In this document: positions 40,822 to 50,937 of the stretch, piece by piece
Layout of the letters: every line of letters begins with the position of its first letter
How positions within the stretch are numbered: position 1 is the stretch's first letter
NCBI RefSeq assembly: GCF_003334385.1
Contig: NZ_QOWN01000022.1
Origin: Escherichia coli
GTDB taxonomy: Bacteria; Pseudomonadota; Gammaproteobacteria; Enterobacterales; Enterobacteriaceae
DNA: 64,000 bases
Direction: 5' to 3' (one strand)
Program-made: the position numbers and the translations under genes
Notes under the pieces: model-generated
Seen by the model: only the letters and a program-made list of their open reading frames with translations
What the model was told of the DNA's origin: nothing
The model's database searches: none

Positions 40822-40838
40822 ATGATTAGACCTATCAT
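40822..40838. promoter_or_regulatory. Candidate LysR-type (PgrR) operator ATGAT-N7-ATCAT in the ycjY-pgrR divergent region
   Basis: atgattagacctatcat is a palindrome containing a T-N11-A core. The direct repeat tgattagacc occurs at 40805-40814 and 40823-40832. A nearby 10-bp perfect palindrome gtgatatcac lies at 40784-40793. Confidence 0.4.
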
Positions 40839-40871
40839 TTAAATGATTAATAGATTGCATGGAGATACTGA

Positions 40872-41771
40872 ATGAAGCGTGAAGAAATCGCTGATCTGAT
40901 GGCGTTTGTCGTCGTTGCAGAGGAGCGTAGCTTCACTCGTGCAGCAGCCCGCCTGAGCATGGCGCAGTCAGCTTTAAGCCAGATAGTGCGTCGTATAGAA
41001 GAACGATTGGGATTGCGGCTTCTGACGCGAACCACGCGCAGCGTTGTTCCAACTGAAGCGGGCGAGCATCTTTTGTCTGTTCTTGGCCCTATGTTGCATG
41101 ACATAGATTCAGCCATGGCATCCCTGAGCGATCTGCAGAACCGCCCATCCAGGACAATACGTATTACTACTGTAGAACATGCAGCAAAAACGATATTGTT
41201 ACCAGCAATGCGCACATTCCTGAAATCGCATCCTGAAATTGATATTCAGCTCACCATTGATTATGGTTTGACCGATGTCGTTTCTGAACGTTTTGATGCA
41301 GGCGTCCGTCTGGGTGGGGAGATGGATAAAGATATGATCGCCATTCGAATCGGGCCAGATATACCAATGGCTATTGTTGGCTCACCGGATTATTTTTCTC
41401 GCCGAAGTGTTCCAACGTCAGTGTCACAATTAATAGATCATCAGGCAATTAATTTGTATCTTCCCACATCGGGTACAGCAAATCGCTGGAGATTAATACG
41501 CGGTGGACGTGAAGTTCGTGTTCGCATGGAAGGTCAGCTTTTACTGAATACGATAGACCTGATCATTGATGCTGCAATTGATGGGCATGGATTGGCGTAT
41601 CTACCTTATGATCAGGTTGAGCGGGCTATTAAAGAAAAAAAACTGATACGTGTTTTGGATAAATTCACACCAGATTTACCCGGTTATCACCTGTACTATC
41701 CACACCGTCGACATGCTGGCTCGGCATTCTCATTATTTATAGATAGGCTGAAGTATAAAGGTGCTGTTTAG
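40872..41771 (+). CDS. pgrR: LysR-family regulator PgrR (YcjZ), 299 aa
   Basis: N-terminal wHTH FVVVAEERSFTRAAARLSMAQSALSQIVRRIE plus a LysR substrate-binding domain. Confidence 0.93.
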   Translation: MKREEIADLMAFVVVAEERSFTRAAARLSMAQSALSQIVRRIEERLGLRLLTRTTRSVVPTEAGEHLLSVLGPMLHDIDSAMASLSDLQNRPSRTIRITTVEHAAKTILLPAMRTFLKSHPEIDIQLTIDYGLTDVVSERFDAGVRLGGEMDKDMIAIRIGPDIPMAIVGSPDYFSRRSVPTSVSQLIDHQAINLYLPTSGTANRWRLIRGGREVRVRMEGQLLLNTIDLIIDAAIDGHGLAYLPYDQVERAIKEKKLIRVLDKFTPDLPGYHLYYPHRRHAGSAFSLFIDRLKYKGAV

Positions 41772-42020
41772 CACTACTTGCTGATACATTAATTTAATTC
41801 TTCTCTTAACGTATTCTCAGTTCCTTTCAACGTTTTGGTCATTTTTTATTCTTCGTACAATGGCGACAGATGCTGATTATGATACCGAAAACGGGTTTGA
41901 ACGTGCGAAGCCCGAACGTAGTGTTCGGAGTTCTATGTGCTTTACCGCATTTTGGAGACTATTATTTACACTAAATCTGATTTGATATATTGATACTTAA
42001 AACATTTGATGCTTCCTTTG

Positions 42021-42050
42021 TCACTTTTTTGATGGAAGTTGTTTGCATTT
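42021..42050 (+). repeat. 30-bp repeat copy B (tcacttttttgATggaagttgtttgcattt)
   Basis: 28/30 identical to 39575-39604. It lies 58 nt upstream of the mppA ATG. Confidence 0.85.
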
Positions 42051-42107
42051 CTTTAAGGCGAAACAAATAATTACGCATCAATTTTAATGTCGGTTAGAGG
42101 GAAACTT

Positions 42108-43721
42108 ATGAAGCACTCTGTTTCAGTCACGTGTTGTGCGCTGTTGGTCAGCAGCATTTCTCTTTCGTATGCTGCAGAAGTTCCGAGCGGCACAGTACTG
42201 GCAGAGAAGCAGGAGCTGGTGCGCCACATTAAAGATGAGCCTGCGTCGCTGGATCCCGCTAAAGCCGTGGGCCTGCCAGAGATTCAGGTCATTCGCGATC
42301 TGTTTGAAGGTCTGGTGAATCAGAACGAAAAAGGGGAGATTGTCCCCGGCGTTGCGACTCAGTGGAAAAGTAATGACAACCGTATCTGGACTTTTACCCT
42401 GCGCGATAACGCAAAATGGGCGGATGGCACACCGGTAACGGCGCAAGATTTTGTCTACAGCTGGCAACGTCTGGTGGACCCAAAAACATTGTCGCCATTT
42501 GCATGGTTTGCCGCGCTGGCGGGAATCAACAACGCACAGGCGATTATTGATGGTAAAGCTACGCCTGACCAGCTTGGCGTCACCGCAGTTGATGCCCATA
42601 CTTTGAAAATTCAGCTTGATAAACCGTTGCCGTGGTTTGTGAATTTAACCGCTAACTTTGCCTTCTTCCCGGTGCAAAAAGCCAACGTAGAAAGCGGTAA
42701 AGAGTGGACGAAACCCGGAAATCTGATCGGCAATGGCGCTTATGTTCTTAAAGAGCGCGTAGTCAATGAAAAACTGGTCGTGGTACCGAATACCCATTAT
42801 TGGGATAACGCCAAAACGGTACTGCAAAAAGTGACCTTCCTGCCAATTAATCAGGAATCCGCAGCCACTAAGCGTTACCTCGCGGGGGATATTGATATCA
42901 CCGAATCCTTCCCGAAAAATATGTATCAGAAGCTGTTGAAGGATATTCCGGGGCAGGTTTATACGCCGCCGCAGCTCGGGACCTATTATTATGCGTTTAA
43001 CACGCAAAAAGGGCCGACGGCAGATCAGCGCGTTCGTCTGGCATTAAGTATGACGATAGATCGCCGCCTGATGACCGAAAAAGTATTAGGGACGGGCGAA
43101 AAGCCAGCGTGGCATTTTACACCAGATGTTACCGCGGGATTTACGCCGGAACCTTCGCCGTTTGAACAAATGAGTCAGGAAGAACTGAATGCGCAGGCAA
43201 AAACTTTGTTGAGCGCAGCTGGTTATGGTCCGCAAAAACCGCTGAAGCTGACGCTTTTGTATAACACTTCAGAAAACCATCAAAAAATTGCGATTGCTGT
43301 AGCATCGATGTGGAAAAAGAACCTTGGCGTAGATGTTAAATTGCAAAATCAGGAATGGAAAACCTATATCGATAGCCGTAACACCGGCAATTTTGATGTT
43401 ATCCGCGCCTCGTGGGTGGGGGATTATAATGAACCCTCCACTTTCCTGACATTATTAACGTCAACGCATTCAGGAAATATTTCACGCTTTAACAATCCGG
43501 CATATGACAAAGTTCTGGCCCAGGCATCGACGGAAAATACCGTTAAAGCGCGTAATGCCGATTACAACGCGGCAGAAAAAATCCTCATGGAGCAAGCACC
43601 GATTGCACCAATTTATCAATATACCAATGGACGATTAATCAAGCCGTGGCTGAAAGGTTATCCCATTAATAATCCTGAAGATGTGGCGTACAGTCGGACT
43701 ATGTATATTGTGAAGCATTGA
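42108..43721 (+). CDS. mppA: Periplasmic murein tripeptide-binding protein MppA (family-5 SBP, OppA paralogue), 537 aa
   Basis: Signal peptide MKHSVSVTCCALLVSSISLSYA and OppA-like sequence throughout. The start is at ATG 42108. Confidence 0.95.
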   Translation: MKHSVSVTCCALLVSSISLSYAAEVPSGTVLAEKQELVRHIKDEPASLDPAKAVGLPEIQVIRDLFEGLVNQNEKGEIVPGVATQWKSNDNRIWTFTLRDNAKWADGTPVTAQDFVYSWQRLVDPKTLSPFAWFAALAGINNAQAIIDGKATPDQLGVTAVDAHTLKIQLDKPLPWFVNLTANFAFFPVQKANVESGKEWTKPGNLIGNGAYVLKERVVNEKLVVVPNTHYWDNAKTVLQKVTFLPINQESAATKRYLAGDIDITESFPKNMYQKLLKDIPGQVYTPPQLGTYYYAFNTQKGPTADQRVRLALSMTIDRRLMTEKVLGTGEKPAWHFTPDVTAGFTPEPSPFEQMSQEELNAQAKTLLSAAGYGPQKPLKLTLLYNTSENHQKIAIAVASMWKKNLGVDVKLQNQEWKTYIDSRNTGNFDVIRASWVGDYNEPSTFLTLLTSTHSGNISRFNNPAYDKVLAQASTENTVKARNADYNAAEKILMEQAPIAPIYQYTNGRLIKPWLKGYPINNPEDVAYSRTMYIVKH

Positions 43722-43732
43722 TGTGATGGGAA

Positions 43733-43760
43733 CTGGCGTTACCCTTGTGCATAACGCCAG
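43733..43760. terminator. Hairpin between the convergent genes mppA and ynaI
   Basis: ctggcgtta-N10-taacgccag is a 9-bp perfect stem. The flanking T tracts are weak (followed by tgatgtctgattt). Confidence 0.45.
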
Positions 43761-43771
43761 TGATGTCTGAT

Positions 43772-44803
43772 TTAGCGACCCTGTTCCGGCGGTGTAATGT
43801 TATCCATATACAGCGTCTGGCTGGGGAAGGCAAAGTCCGCGCCGTGTGACTGTACAATATCGATAATCTTCAAATAAACGTCTTGCTGTGCAGCAAGCCA
43901 TTCAGCCCATACCGTGGTTTTGGTAAAGCAATAAACCATAATATTCAATGAAGAGTCAGCAAACTGGTTGAAATAAACCAGTAAGGTTTGTCGCTGGTCG
44001 ATGGCCGGGTGATTTTTCAGCATCTCACGTACAGCTTCGACAATAACGCCCACTTTTGCCGCATCCTCATAACGTAAACCAATGGTCGTGGTAATGCGGC
44101 GGTTGGTCATTCGTCCTGGGTTTTCTACGCTGATCGACGAAAACAGCGAGTTCGGTACGTACAATGGACGATTATCAAAGGTCGTAATTTTGGTAATTCG
44201 CCAGCCAATTTCCGCTACTGTACCTTCGATATTTCTGTCCGGTGAACGGATCCAGTCGCCAATACTGAAAGGACGGTCGAAATAGAGCATAATCCCGGAA
44301 AAGAAGTTACTCAGAATATCTTTACCGGCCATACCGACAGCCAGACCACCAATACCACCAAAGGTCAGCAAGCCAGAAAGGCTCATGCCGAAATGTTCGC
44401 CATAAAGCAGAACAAGCACCACAATAATGGTGATTTTGATGATACGCGACATAATCCGCGCACTGGTGATATCGCGACCTTTTTTAATCTGCTGTTTTTC
44501 AAACTGATTAATCAGCAGAAATAGCTTAATCGTCAGAATAACCGCAATCAGGGACGTACAGATAAAATCGATAACGCCTGGGGTGATAAATTTGAGTTTA
44601 TAGTTTTCTATAACATAATTAATAATGCTACCAACAGCACTGATAATTATGGTGTAGATTAAAAATTGCACCGCATGGAATAAAAATCCTTTTCTTTTAC
44701 GATTTCCACGGCGAAACCAAAAGCTCATCAGAATCAATGCTGCGCAGCTACCGAAAATAATGACCAGATTAAGCGCATTATTTGTAAACAGTTCAGCGAT
44801 CAT
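43772..44803 (-). CDS. ynaI: MscS-family small-conductance mechanosensitive channel YnaI, 343 aa
   Basis: Five N-terminal TM helices plus the conserved MscS pore and beta-domain ([37 protein letters not shown]). Confidence 0.94.
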
Positions 44804-45046
44804 TGTTTTATCAGGCTCCTCCAGATAATTGTCGTCATGCCGGAAACCCCTGGCGGGGCTATTTTACCGCGACAATTCATTCAGATCATCAATAGTCAGG
44901 GAAGGAAGTAGCAACATTAGCTAACTAATCAATGCGTTGATTGTAAATCCAGCTAAGAGGTGAGGTTTTCAGAGCAGACAACGGTGAAATGTCATGGTAT
45001 TGTTACGTTTAGGTAACAAGAAATTTGTCTGCACAAGGATTACATC

Positions 45047-45304
45047 ATGATTATGGCGAAACTGAAGTCAGCGAAAGGGAAGAAATTTCTCTTTGGTTTG
45101 TTGGCGGTTTTCATTATTGCGGCGTCGGTTGTGACTCGCGCGACCATCGGCGGCGTTATAGAACAGTACAATATTCCGCTGTCTGAGTGGACGACATCAA
45201 TGTATGTGATTCAGTCATCGATGATTTTTGTTTATAGCCTGGTCTTTACTGTGTTGCTGGCAATCCCGTTGGGAATTTATTTCCTTGGCGGCGAAGAGCA
45301 GTAA
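45047..45304 (+). CDS. ynaJ: Small membrane protein YnaJ (DUF2534), 85 aa
   Basis: Two hydrophobic segments. Recognised as K-12 YnaJ (MIMAKLKSAKGKKFLFGLLAVF). Confidence 0.85.
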   Translation: MIMAKLKSAKGKKFLFGLLAVFIIAASVVTRATIGGVIEQYNIPLSEWTTSMYVIQSSMIFVYSLVFTVLLAIPLGIYFLGGEEQ

Positions 45305-45305
45305 G

Positions 45306-45333
45306 TAAAAAATAGGCCCGATAACTCGGGCCT
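45306..45333 (-). terminator. Rho-independent terminator of uspE (also downstream of ynaJ)
   Basis: aggcccg-ataact-cgggcct stem. On the minus strand it is followed by ATTTTTTAC. Confidence 0.75.
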
Positions 45334-45353
45334 TGTCAGTTATTGAAGAGTCG

Positions 45354-46304
45354 TTAATCGTCTTCTTCGTCATCCAGTTCAACGGGTGTCTGATACTGGT
45401 CAGGTTTAATGACCAGCAGGTCGCAGCGAAGATGATCAATCACCTGTTCCGCCGTGTTGCCGAGGAATGCTGCTGAAATACCGGTGCGTCCTACCGTGCC
45501 CAGAACCACAATCCCCGCCTGTAAGTGCTCCGCCAAATCAGGAATCACCTCTTCTGGCAGACCTTTTTCTACGTGCGTCATGTTTTCATTAATGCCGAAT
45601 TTCTGCCGCAGGGCTTTCATTGCCAGCAAATGTTGCCCACGAATGGCATCGTTATAAACGCTCGGGTCAAATTCCGGCAGTTCAATCGCGATATTAATTG
45701 GCGTTACCGGATAAGCGCCAACCAGATGAACTTCGGTATGGTTGACTTGTTCTGCCAGTTCGATCGTCTCTTTGACCAGTTTTTCATTGAGCGCATTATG
45801 ATACGGCTCTTCACTGGCGAGATTCACCGCCACCAGCGCCTTGCCTCCTTCCGGCCACGGCTGGTCTTTCACCATCCACACCGGGCTTGGGCATTTGCGT
45901 AACAGATGCCAGTCCGTTGGCGTAAAAATCACCGCTTCCAGACGGTCATGTTGGTGCGCCATTTTTAGCACCAAATCGTGTCCGCCGCTGATCACTTCCT
46001 GAATGATGGCTTCGAAAGGACGGTTATGCCAGACCACTTTAATTTCAATGGGAACGCCAGCATTGAGATAATATTTTGCCTGCTCGTGGATCCAGGCTGT
46101 ACGCTGGCTGATGACGCCCTGACGCATAGCGGTACGTTCGTCCGGGGAGAGCAGGGTGGTCATTTCGTATGAGAAGTCATAGATCGGCAAAAAGGCTTTA
46201 ATTTTGCCACCAATCCGTTGATGTAAATAAACAGCTCGCCGCAATGCTGGTTGGTCGTCCTGGTTAGGATCGATAACAACGAGCATGTTCTGATACATAG
46301 CCAT
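45354..46304 (-). CDS. uspE: Tandem-domain universal stress protein UspE, 316 aa
   Basis: Two Usp domains, the second with the G-2x-G-9x-G(S/T)-like motif [22 protein letters not shown]. The start is at ATG 46302-46304 ([10 protein letters not shown]). Confidence 0.94.
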   Translation of the reverse strand: MAMYQNMLVVIDPNQDDQPALRRAVYLHQRIGGKIKAFLPIYDFSYEMTTLLSPDERTAMRQGVISQRTAWIHEQAKYYLNAGVPIEIKVVWHNRPFEAIIQEVISGGHDLVLKMAHQHDRLEAVIFTPTDWHLLRKCPSPVWMVKDQPWPEGGKALVAVNLASEEPYHNALNEKLVKETIELAEQVNHTEVHLVGAYPVTPINIAIELPEFDPSVYNDAIRGQHLLAMKALRQKFGINENMTHVEKGLPEEVIPDLAEHLQAGIVVLGTVGRTGISAAFLGNTAEQVIDHLRCDLLVIKPDQYQTPVELDDEEDD

Positions 46305-46455
46305 ACAGGGTCTCCTTACAACAACTGTCAACGCAGTTTGTAATTAAAAGATTAACCCATATCTGGTGAATGAAACAGTGATGAACCTTCTGCCAGATCA
46401 ATAAATCAGAAAAATTTAATGATATGACAGAAGGATAGTGAGTTATGCGGAAAAA

Positions 46456-47208
46456 TCAGGCAACGTTACGCGTATGACCAGCAAGCTGGGCCAGCGCATC
46501 GTTATTTTCGATGGTGATGTATTTACCTTTGACTGCCAGCATGCCGCTTTTCTGGAAGCGACCCAGCAGACGGCTGATGGTTTCTACCGTCAGGCCCAGA
46601 TAGTTACCGATATCGCCACGAGTCATCGTCAGGCGGAATTCACGAGGGGAGAAGCCGCGTTGGGCAAAACGACGGGACAGGTTGTAGATGAATGCAGCCA
46701 GACGTTCCTCGGCATTTTTCTTCGACAACAGCAGGATCATGTCCTGATCGCCTTTGATTTCACCGCTCATCAGACGCATCATCTGCTGACGCAGATTCGG
46801 CATTTTACCGGACAAATCGTCCAGCGTTTCGAACGGGATTTCACATACCATCGAGGTTTCCAGCGCCTGCGCGAAGCTCGGGTGATGGCCGCTGCCGATG
46901 GCGTCAAATCCCACCAGGTCGCCTGCTAAATGGAAACCAGTGATTTGCTCGTCGCCTTGCTCAGTGATGGTATAACTTTTAATCGTACCGGAGCGGATGG
47001 CATAAAGCGATTTAAGTTCATCACCAGCCTTAAACAGCGTCTGGCCTTTCTGAATAGGCTTCTTCCGCTCAATGATATTATCAAGCTGATCAAGCTCATG
47101 TTCGTTGAGTGTGAACGGGATGCAAAGCTGGCTGATGCTGCAATCCTGGCAATGGATAGCACAACCGCCAGACTGAATGCGCCGTATAATTCGCTTTTCC
47201 GGGATCAT
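46456..47208 (-). CDS. fnr: Global anaerobic regulator FNR (CRP/FNR family, [4Fe-4S]), 250 aa
   Basis: N-terminal Cys cluster [14 protein letters not shown] and C-terminal [23 protein letters not shown]. The start is at ATG 47206-47208 ([10 protein letters not shown]). Confidence 0.97.
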
Positions 47209-47227
47209 AGGTCTGCTCAAGCCGTAA

Positions 47228-47241
47228 TTGATATTTGTCAA
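47228..47241. promoter_or_regulatory. FNR box in the fnr promoter/leader (autoregulation)
   Basis: ttgatatttgtcaa (RC TTGACaaatATCAA) compares with the consensus TTGAT-N4-ATCAA. It is centred about 26 nt upstream of the fnr ATG. Confidence 0.6.
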
Positions 47242-47402
47242 TTTTAACATCTTTTTAGGGAGCAAGTAAGTCTAAGCAAACCTTAACAGCAGAGAATTCC
47301 GATATTAGATGTAAATATATGTCTATCTATTTGAAAACCCTTAAGTTGTTAAGGGTAACTTTACATAAAAGTGTGAACAAGCTGGCACAAATTGTTTAAT
47401 GT

Positions 47403-47918
47403 TTACAGCAAAAGATAACCTTCATGGCGCAATAACCACTCTTTTCGCTGAACTCCGCCTGCATATCCGGTCATGGTGCCGTTTCGGCCAATAACCCGAT
47501 GGCAAGGTACGACGATGCTGATGGGATTCGATCCGTTTGCCGCACCAACGGCACGCGCCGCGCCAGGACGGCCCAATTGCTCAGCCAGTTGGCCGTAATG
47601 CATTACCTGCCCGCAGGGGATAGTGCGTAGTGTTTTCCAGACTTCGCGCTGAAATGGCGTCCCCCCCGTAGCAGTGGGAAGCGTATCAATAATGCTAAGA
47701 TTACCGGCAAAATATTCACGAAGCTTGTCGCTTAAACCGCCTGGATTGGTGGCAGAAATGCGCTCATAGCCTTCTTTGCGATAATGGATGTCCAGCAGCT
47801 GCACCATGCGTTCGCTGTACTCTTCCCATTCAACCGCCCGCAGGCGAAATTGCTCATCGCAAATCACCCACAGTGGACCCAGTGGCGTGGCAATTTTTTC
47901 TTCAAGTAATCTCAGCAT
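47403..47918 (-). CDS. ogt: O6-alkylguanine-DNA methyltransferase Ogt, 171 aa
   Basis: Active-site motif VPCHRVIG. Confidence 0.96.
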
Positions 47919-47928
47919 CCGTTCTCTC

Positions 47929-49455
47929 TTAAGACAAACGTGGGTAAATACCCGGACCTATCGGCAGACCGACAAGATACCACGCCAGCAACATCAGCAG
48001 CCATACCACCAAAAAGATAAGTGGATAGGGCAAGACTAACGAATAGTAAGTACCCAGTTTCGCGTCTGGTTTGTAGCGTTGCAGGAATCCAAGAAACAGT
48101 GGAACAAAAGGAGATACCGGCGCTAAAGGCAATACGGATGAGTCGGCAATACGAAAGAGGATTTGCGCAAATGCCGGGTGAAAGCCAAGTAGCATAAACA
48201 TTGGTACGAAAATGGGGGCAAGAATCGACCAGATTGCGGAACCGCTGGCAATAAACATGCATAAGAAAGAGGAAAGCAACGCCAGACCGACAAACGCCGG
48301 GATGCCGCTAAGCCCTGAACTTTCCAGTATATCGGTCAGCCCCACGGCGATGAATTTCCCCATGTTGCTCCAGTTAAACATGGCGACAAATTGGGCGAGG
48401 GGAAAAACCATCACGATAAATCCCGCCATCTCTTTCATCGGTTCAATCATTAAATGCGGTAAATCCGCCTGACGTCGAATTGTGCGGGTAGCGATGCCAT
48501 AAGCCAGCGAGACAACAAAGAAAAAAAGAATGATCAGTGGCACGATACCTTTAATAAAGGGTGATGGCATCACGGTGTGATTAATCGGATCGCGCAATAT
48601 CCCGTTTTGCGGGATCACCATCAGCGCAATCGCAGCAATAAAAAGTAGCGATACGACACCTGCTATGCGTAAACCAAAACGCTGACTTTCGGTCAATGTC
48701 TGCAGTTTCTCATCGCTGTTTCCCTGCCATTGACCTAACCGTGGCTCGATGATTTTGTCGGTTATCAGGCCGCCAACAATCGTCAGTACGACTACGGAGC
48801 TGGCCATAAAATACCAGTTATCAATTACACTGACGTGCATTTGCGGATTGAACGCAGCTGCCGCTTCCGTGCTGATCCCCGACAGCAACACGTCGGTTGT
48901 GACAATCAGTAAATTAGCCGTAAAGCCGCAACCTACGCCTGCAATGGCAGCCAGTAAACCTGCAACTGGATGCCTGCCCACCGCCAGAAAAATCAGCGCA
49001 CCCATCGGTGGCATGATCACTAACGCCGCATCGGAAGAAATGTGGCTGAAAAAAGCAATAAACAGCACCATATAACTGGCGTAGCGGGCATTAACATGCG
49101 ATGCCATTTTAACCATTAGTGCTGGCAGTAAGCCGACGCGCTCCGCCAGACCGGCACCTAAAACCAGCGCCAGGATCGCACCAAGTGGAGCAAAACCGCT
49201 AAAGTTTTTAATAACATTGGGTAAAAACCAGTGTAATCCTTCCACACTGAGCAGGTTTTTCACCACGACCGGCGTACCATCGGTCGGGTTTTTCGCACTG
49301 ACGCCAAAGGCCGACAAAATTGCCGTCGTCACCATGAGTACGATAATCAAATAGATAAAGAGCAGAAAAGGATGGGGAACCTTGTTACCAATTCTTTCGA
49401 CCCAGCCATAGAGCTTCCCGGATTGGGAGGACGACGGTATGGATGACATACTCAT
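47929..49455 (-). CDS. abgT: p-Aminobenzoyl-glutamate transporter AbgT, 508 aa
   Basis: Polytopic AbgT-family ORF. The start was chosen at the ATG giving MSMSSIPSS, 6 nt after a GAGGA. The ORF-track start is 2 codons upstream. Confidence 0.92.
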
Positions 49456-49491
49456 GGGCATTCCTCGGTTGTTGTGTTTGCGTTGTTGTTG

Positions 49492-50937
49492 TTATTTTAA
49501 AGGTGACGGTGTCACGTTTTTCGGGATAGGGCAGTGATACGGTTGCGTGTCCGTTACTTGCTGATGCTCTTGTTGGCATTCTTGCAATAGCCCTGAATCA
49601 AGGAAGAGATTGACTGTGGTTGCTGCCATAGTTTTCGCCGCCAGCAGCATTCCTTTATGAGCAATAGATGTTCGCCCCTGGCTAACCAGTTGCCACGTAT
49701 GTAGCGGTGTACCGACGGCAAAACAGGGGCTGAAACACTGGGCAACAGGCAGTTTCCAACTGACGTCGCCGACATCAGTCGATGCCGCAAGCACGTTATC
49801 GGTGGCGGCATATGGAGCGACTTCATTCGCCAGTACCGTTTCACGATGACGTAGTGCAAAAACCTTGCCGTTTTCGCCACCGGTTGCGGCGATATTATTC
49901 AGACTGTTTTGCCGATCGTTGGAGGTGAGCGTAGCCTGAATTTGTTTCGCAAAAGCCAGTTCTTCGGAGTTCCATTCCGGGGTACCAAAATGGGATAGGG
50001 CCTGGTACATGGCATTTTCTAAGGTGCGATTCGGGAGATAACTGGAACAGGCTTTGTCGAAGCGGCATTCAACCGTGGTTTCGGTCATCAATGCCGCACC
50101 TTCGGCGATTTTGGCGACCCGATCATAAATATGCTGCACGTCGGTCATTTCGGGGGCGCGGATAAGATAAAGCACTTCTGCCTGCGCCTGGACCACGTTG
50201 GGCGAGATCCCGCCGCTATTTGTGATGGCATAGTGTACGCGCGCTTTTTCAATAATATGTTCGTTGAGGAAGTTGGTGCCAGTGGTCATCAACGTTACGG
50301 CATCAAGGGCGCTGCGTCCCAAATGAGGGGAATTCGCGGCATGTGCTGCGATCCCTTTAAAGCGCCATGATGCCTGAATGTTTGCCAGCGTGCGGGTATT
50401 GAACATACCGGCAAAGGCTTCCGGGTGCCAGGTGAGTGCCGCATCCACATCATCAAATACCCCCTCGCGAACCATGAACGTTTTACCCGAGCCGCCTTCT
50501 TCGCCAGGACAACCATAAAAGCGCACCGTGCCGCCTTGCCCATATTGTTCCAGCCATTTCTTGACGGCTATTGCAGCGGCAAAGGCGGCGGTTCCCAGCA
50601 AATTGTGTCCGCAACCGTGACCATTTTCACCGGGCGTCACGGATGTAGGTTGCGCGCAACCTGCTTGCTGACTTAAACCTGCCAGGGCGTCATATTCTCC
50701 CAGCAGGGCGATAACCGGTTTGCCTTGACCAAACGAAGCAATAAAGGCATTTGGGATATTGCCTACGTTGCGGGTAACGGTGAAGCCTGCAGATTCCAGC
50801 GCCGAAGCCAGATGCTCCGCTGACCAGAACTCTTCAAAACGTGTTTCTGGATGATCCCAGATTTGATCGGCAATATCGGTATAACGTTGGCGATCGGCTT
50901 CAATCGCATCGTCGATAAAACGATAGATTTCCTGCAT
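49492..50937 (-). CDS. abgB: p-Aminobenzoyl-glutamate hydrolase subunit B (M20 peptidase family), 481 aa
   Basis: M20/amidohydrolase-type sequence (GHGCGHNLLG, PGEEGGSGK). Confidence 0.94.
   Translation of the reverse strand: MQEIYRFIDDAIEADRQRYTDIADQIWDHPETRFEEFWSAEHLASALESAGFTVTRNVGNIPNAFIASFGQGKPVIALLGEYDALAGLSQQAGCAQPTSVTPGENGHGCGHNLLGTAAFAAAIAVKKWLEQYGQGGTVRFYGCPGEEGGSGKTFMVREGVFDDVDAALTWHPEAFAGMFNTRTLANIQASWRFKGIAAHAANSPHLGRSALDAVTLMTTGTNFLNEHIIEKARVHYAITNSGGISPNVVQAQAEVLYLIRAPEMTDVQHIYDRVAKIAEGAALMTETTVECRFDKACSSYLPNRTLENAMYQALSHFGTPEWNSEELAFAKQIQATLTSNDRQNSLNNIAATGGENGKVFALRHRETVLANEVAPYAATDNVLAASTDVGDVSWKLPVAQCFSPCFAVGTPLHTWQLVSQGRTSIAHKGMLLAAKTMAATTVNLFLDSGLLQECQQEHQQVTDTQPYHCPIPKNVTPSPLK

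Noticed and set aside
41860-41985. 41-codon ORF (MATDADYDTENGFERAKPERSV...) in the 336-bp spacer upstream of mppA
   Set aside because: There is no SD-like sequence before the ATG (cttcgtacaATG) and no recognisable motif. I cannot assess conservation, so it is not called.
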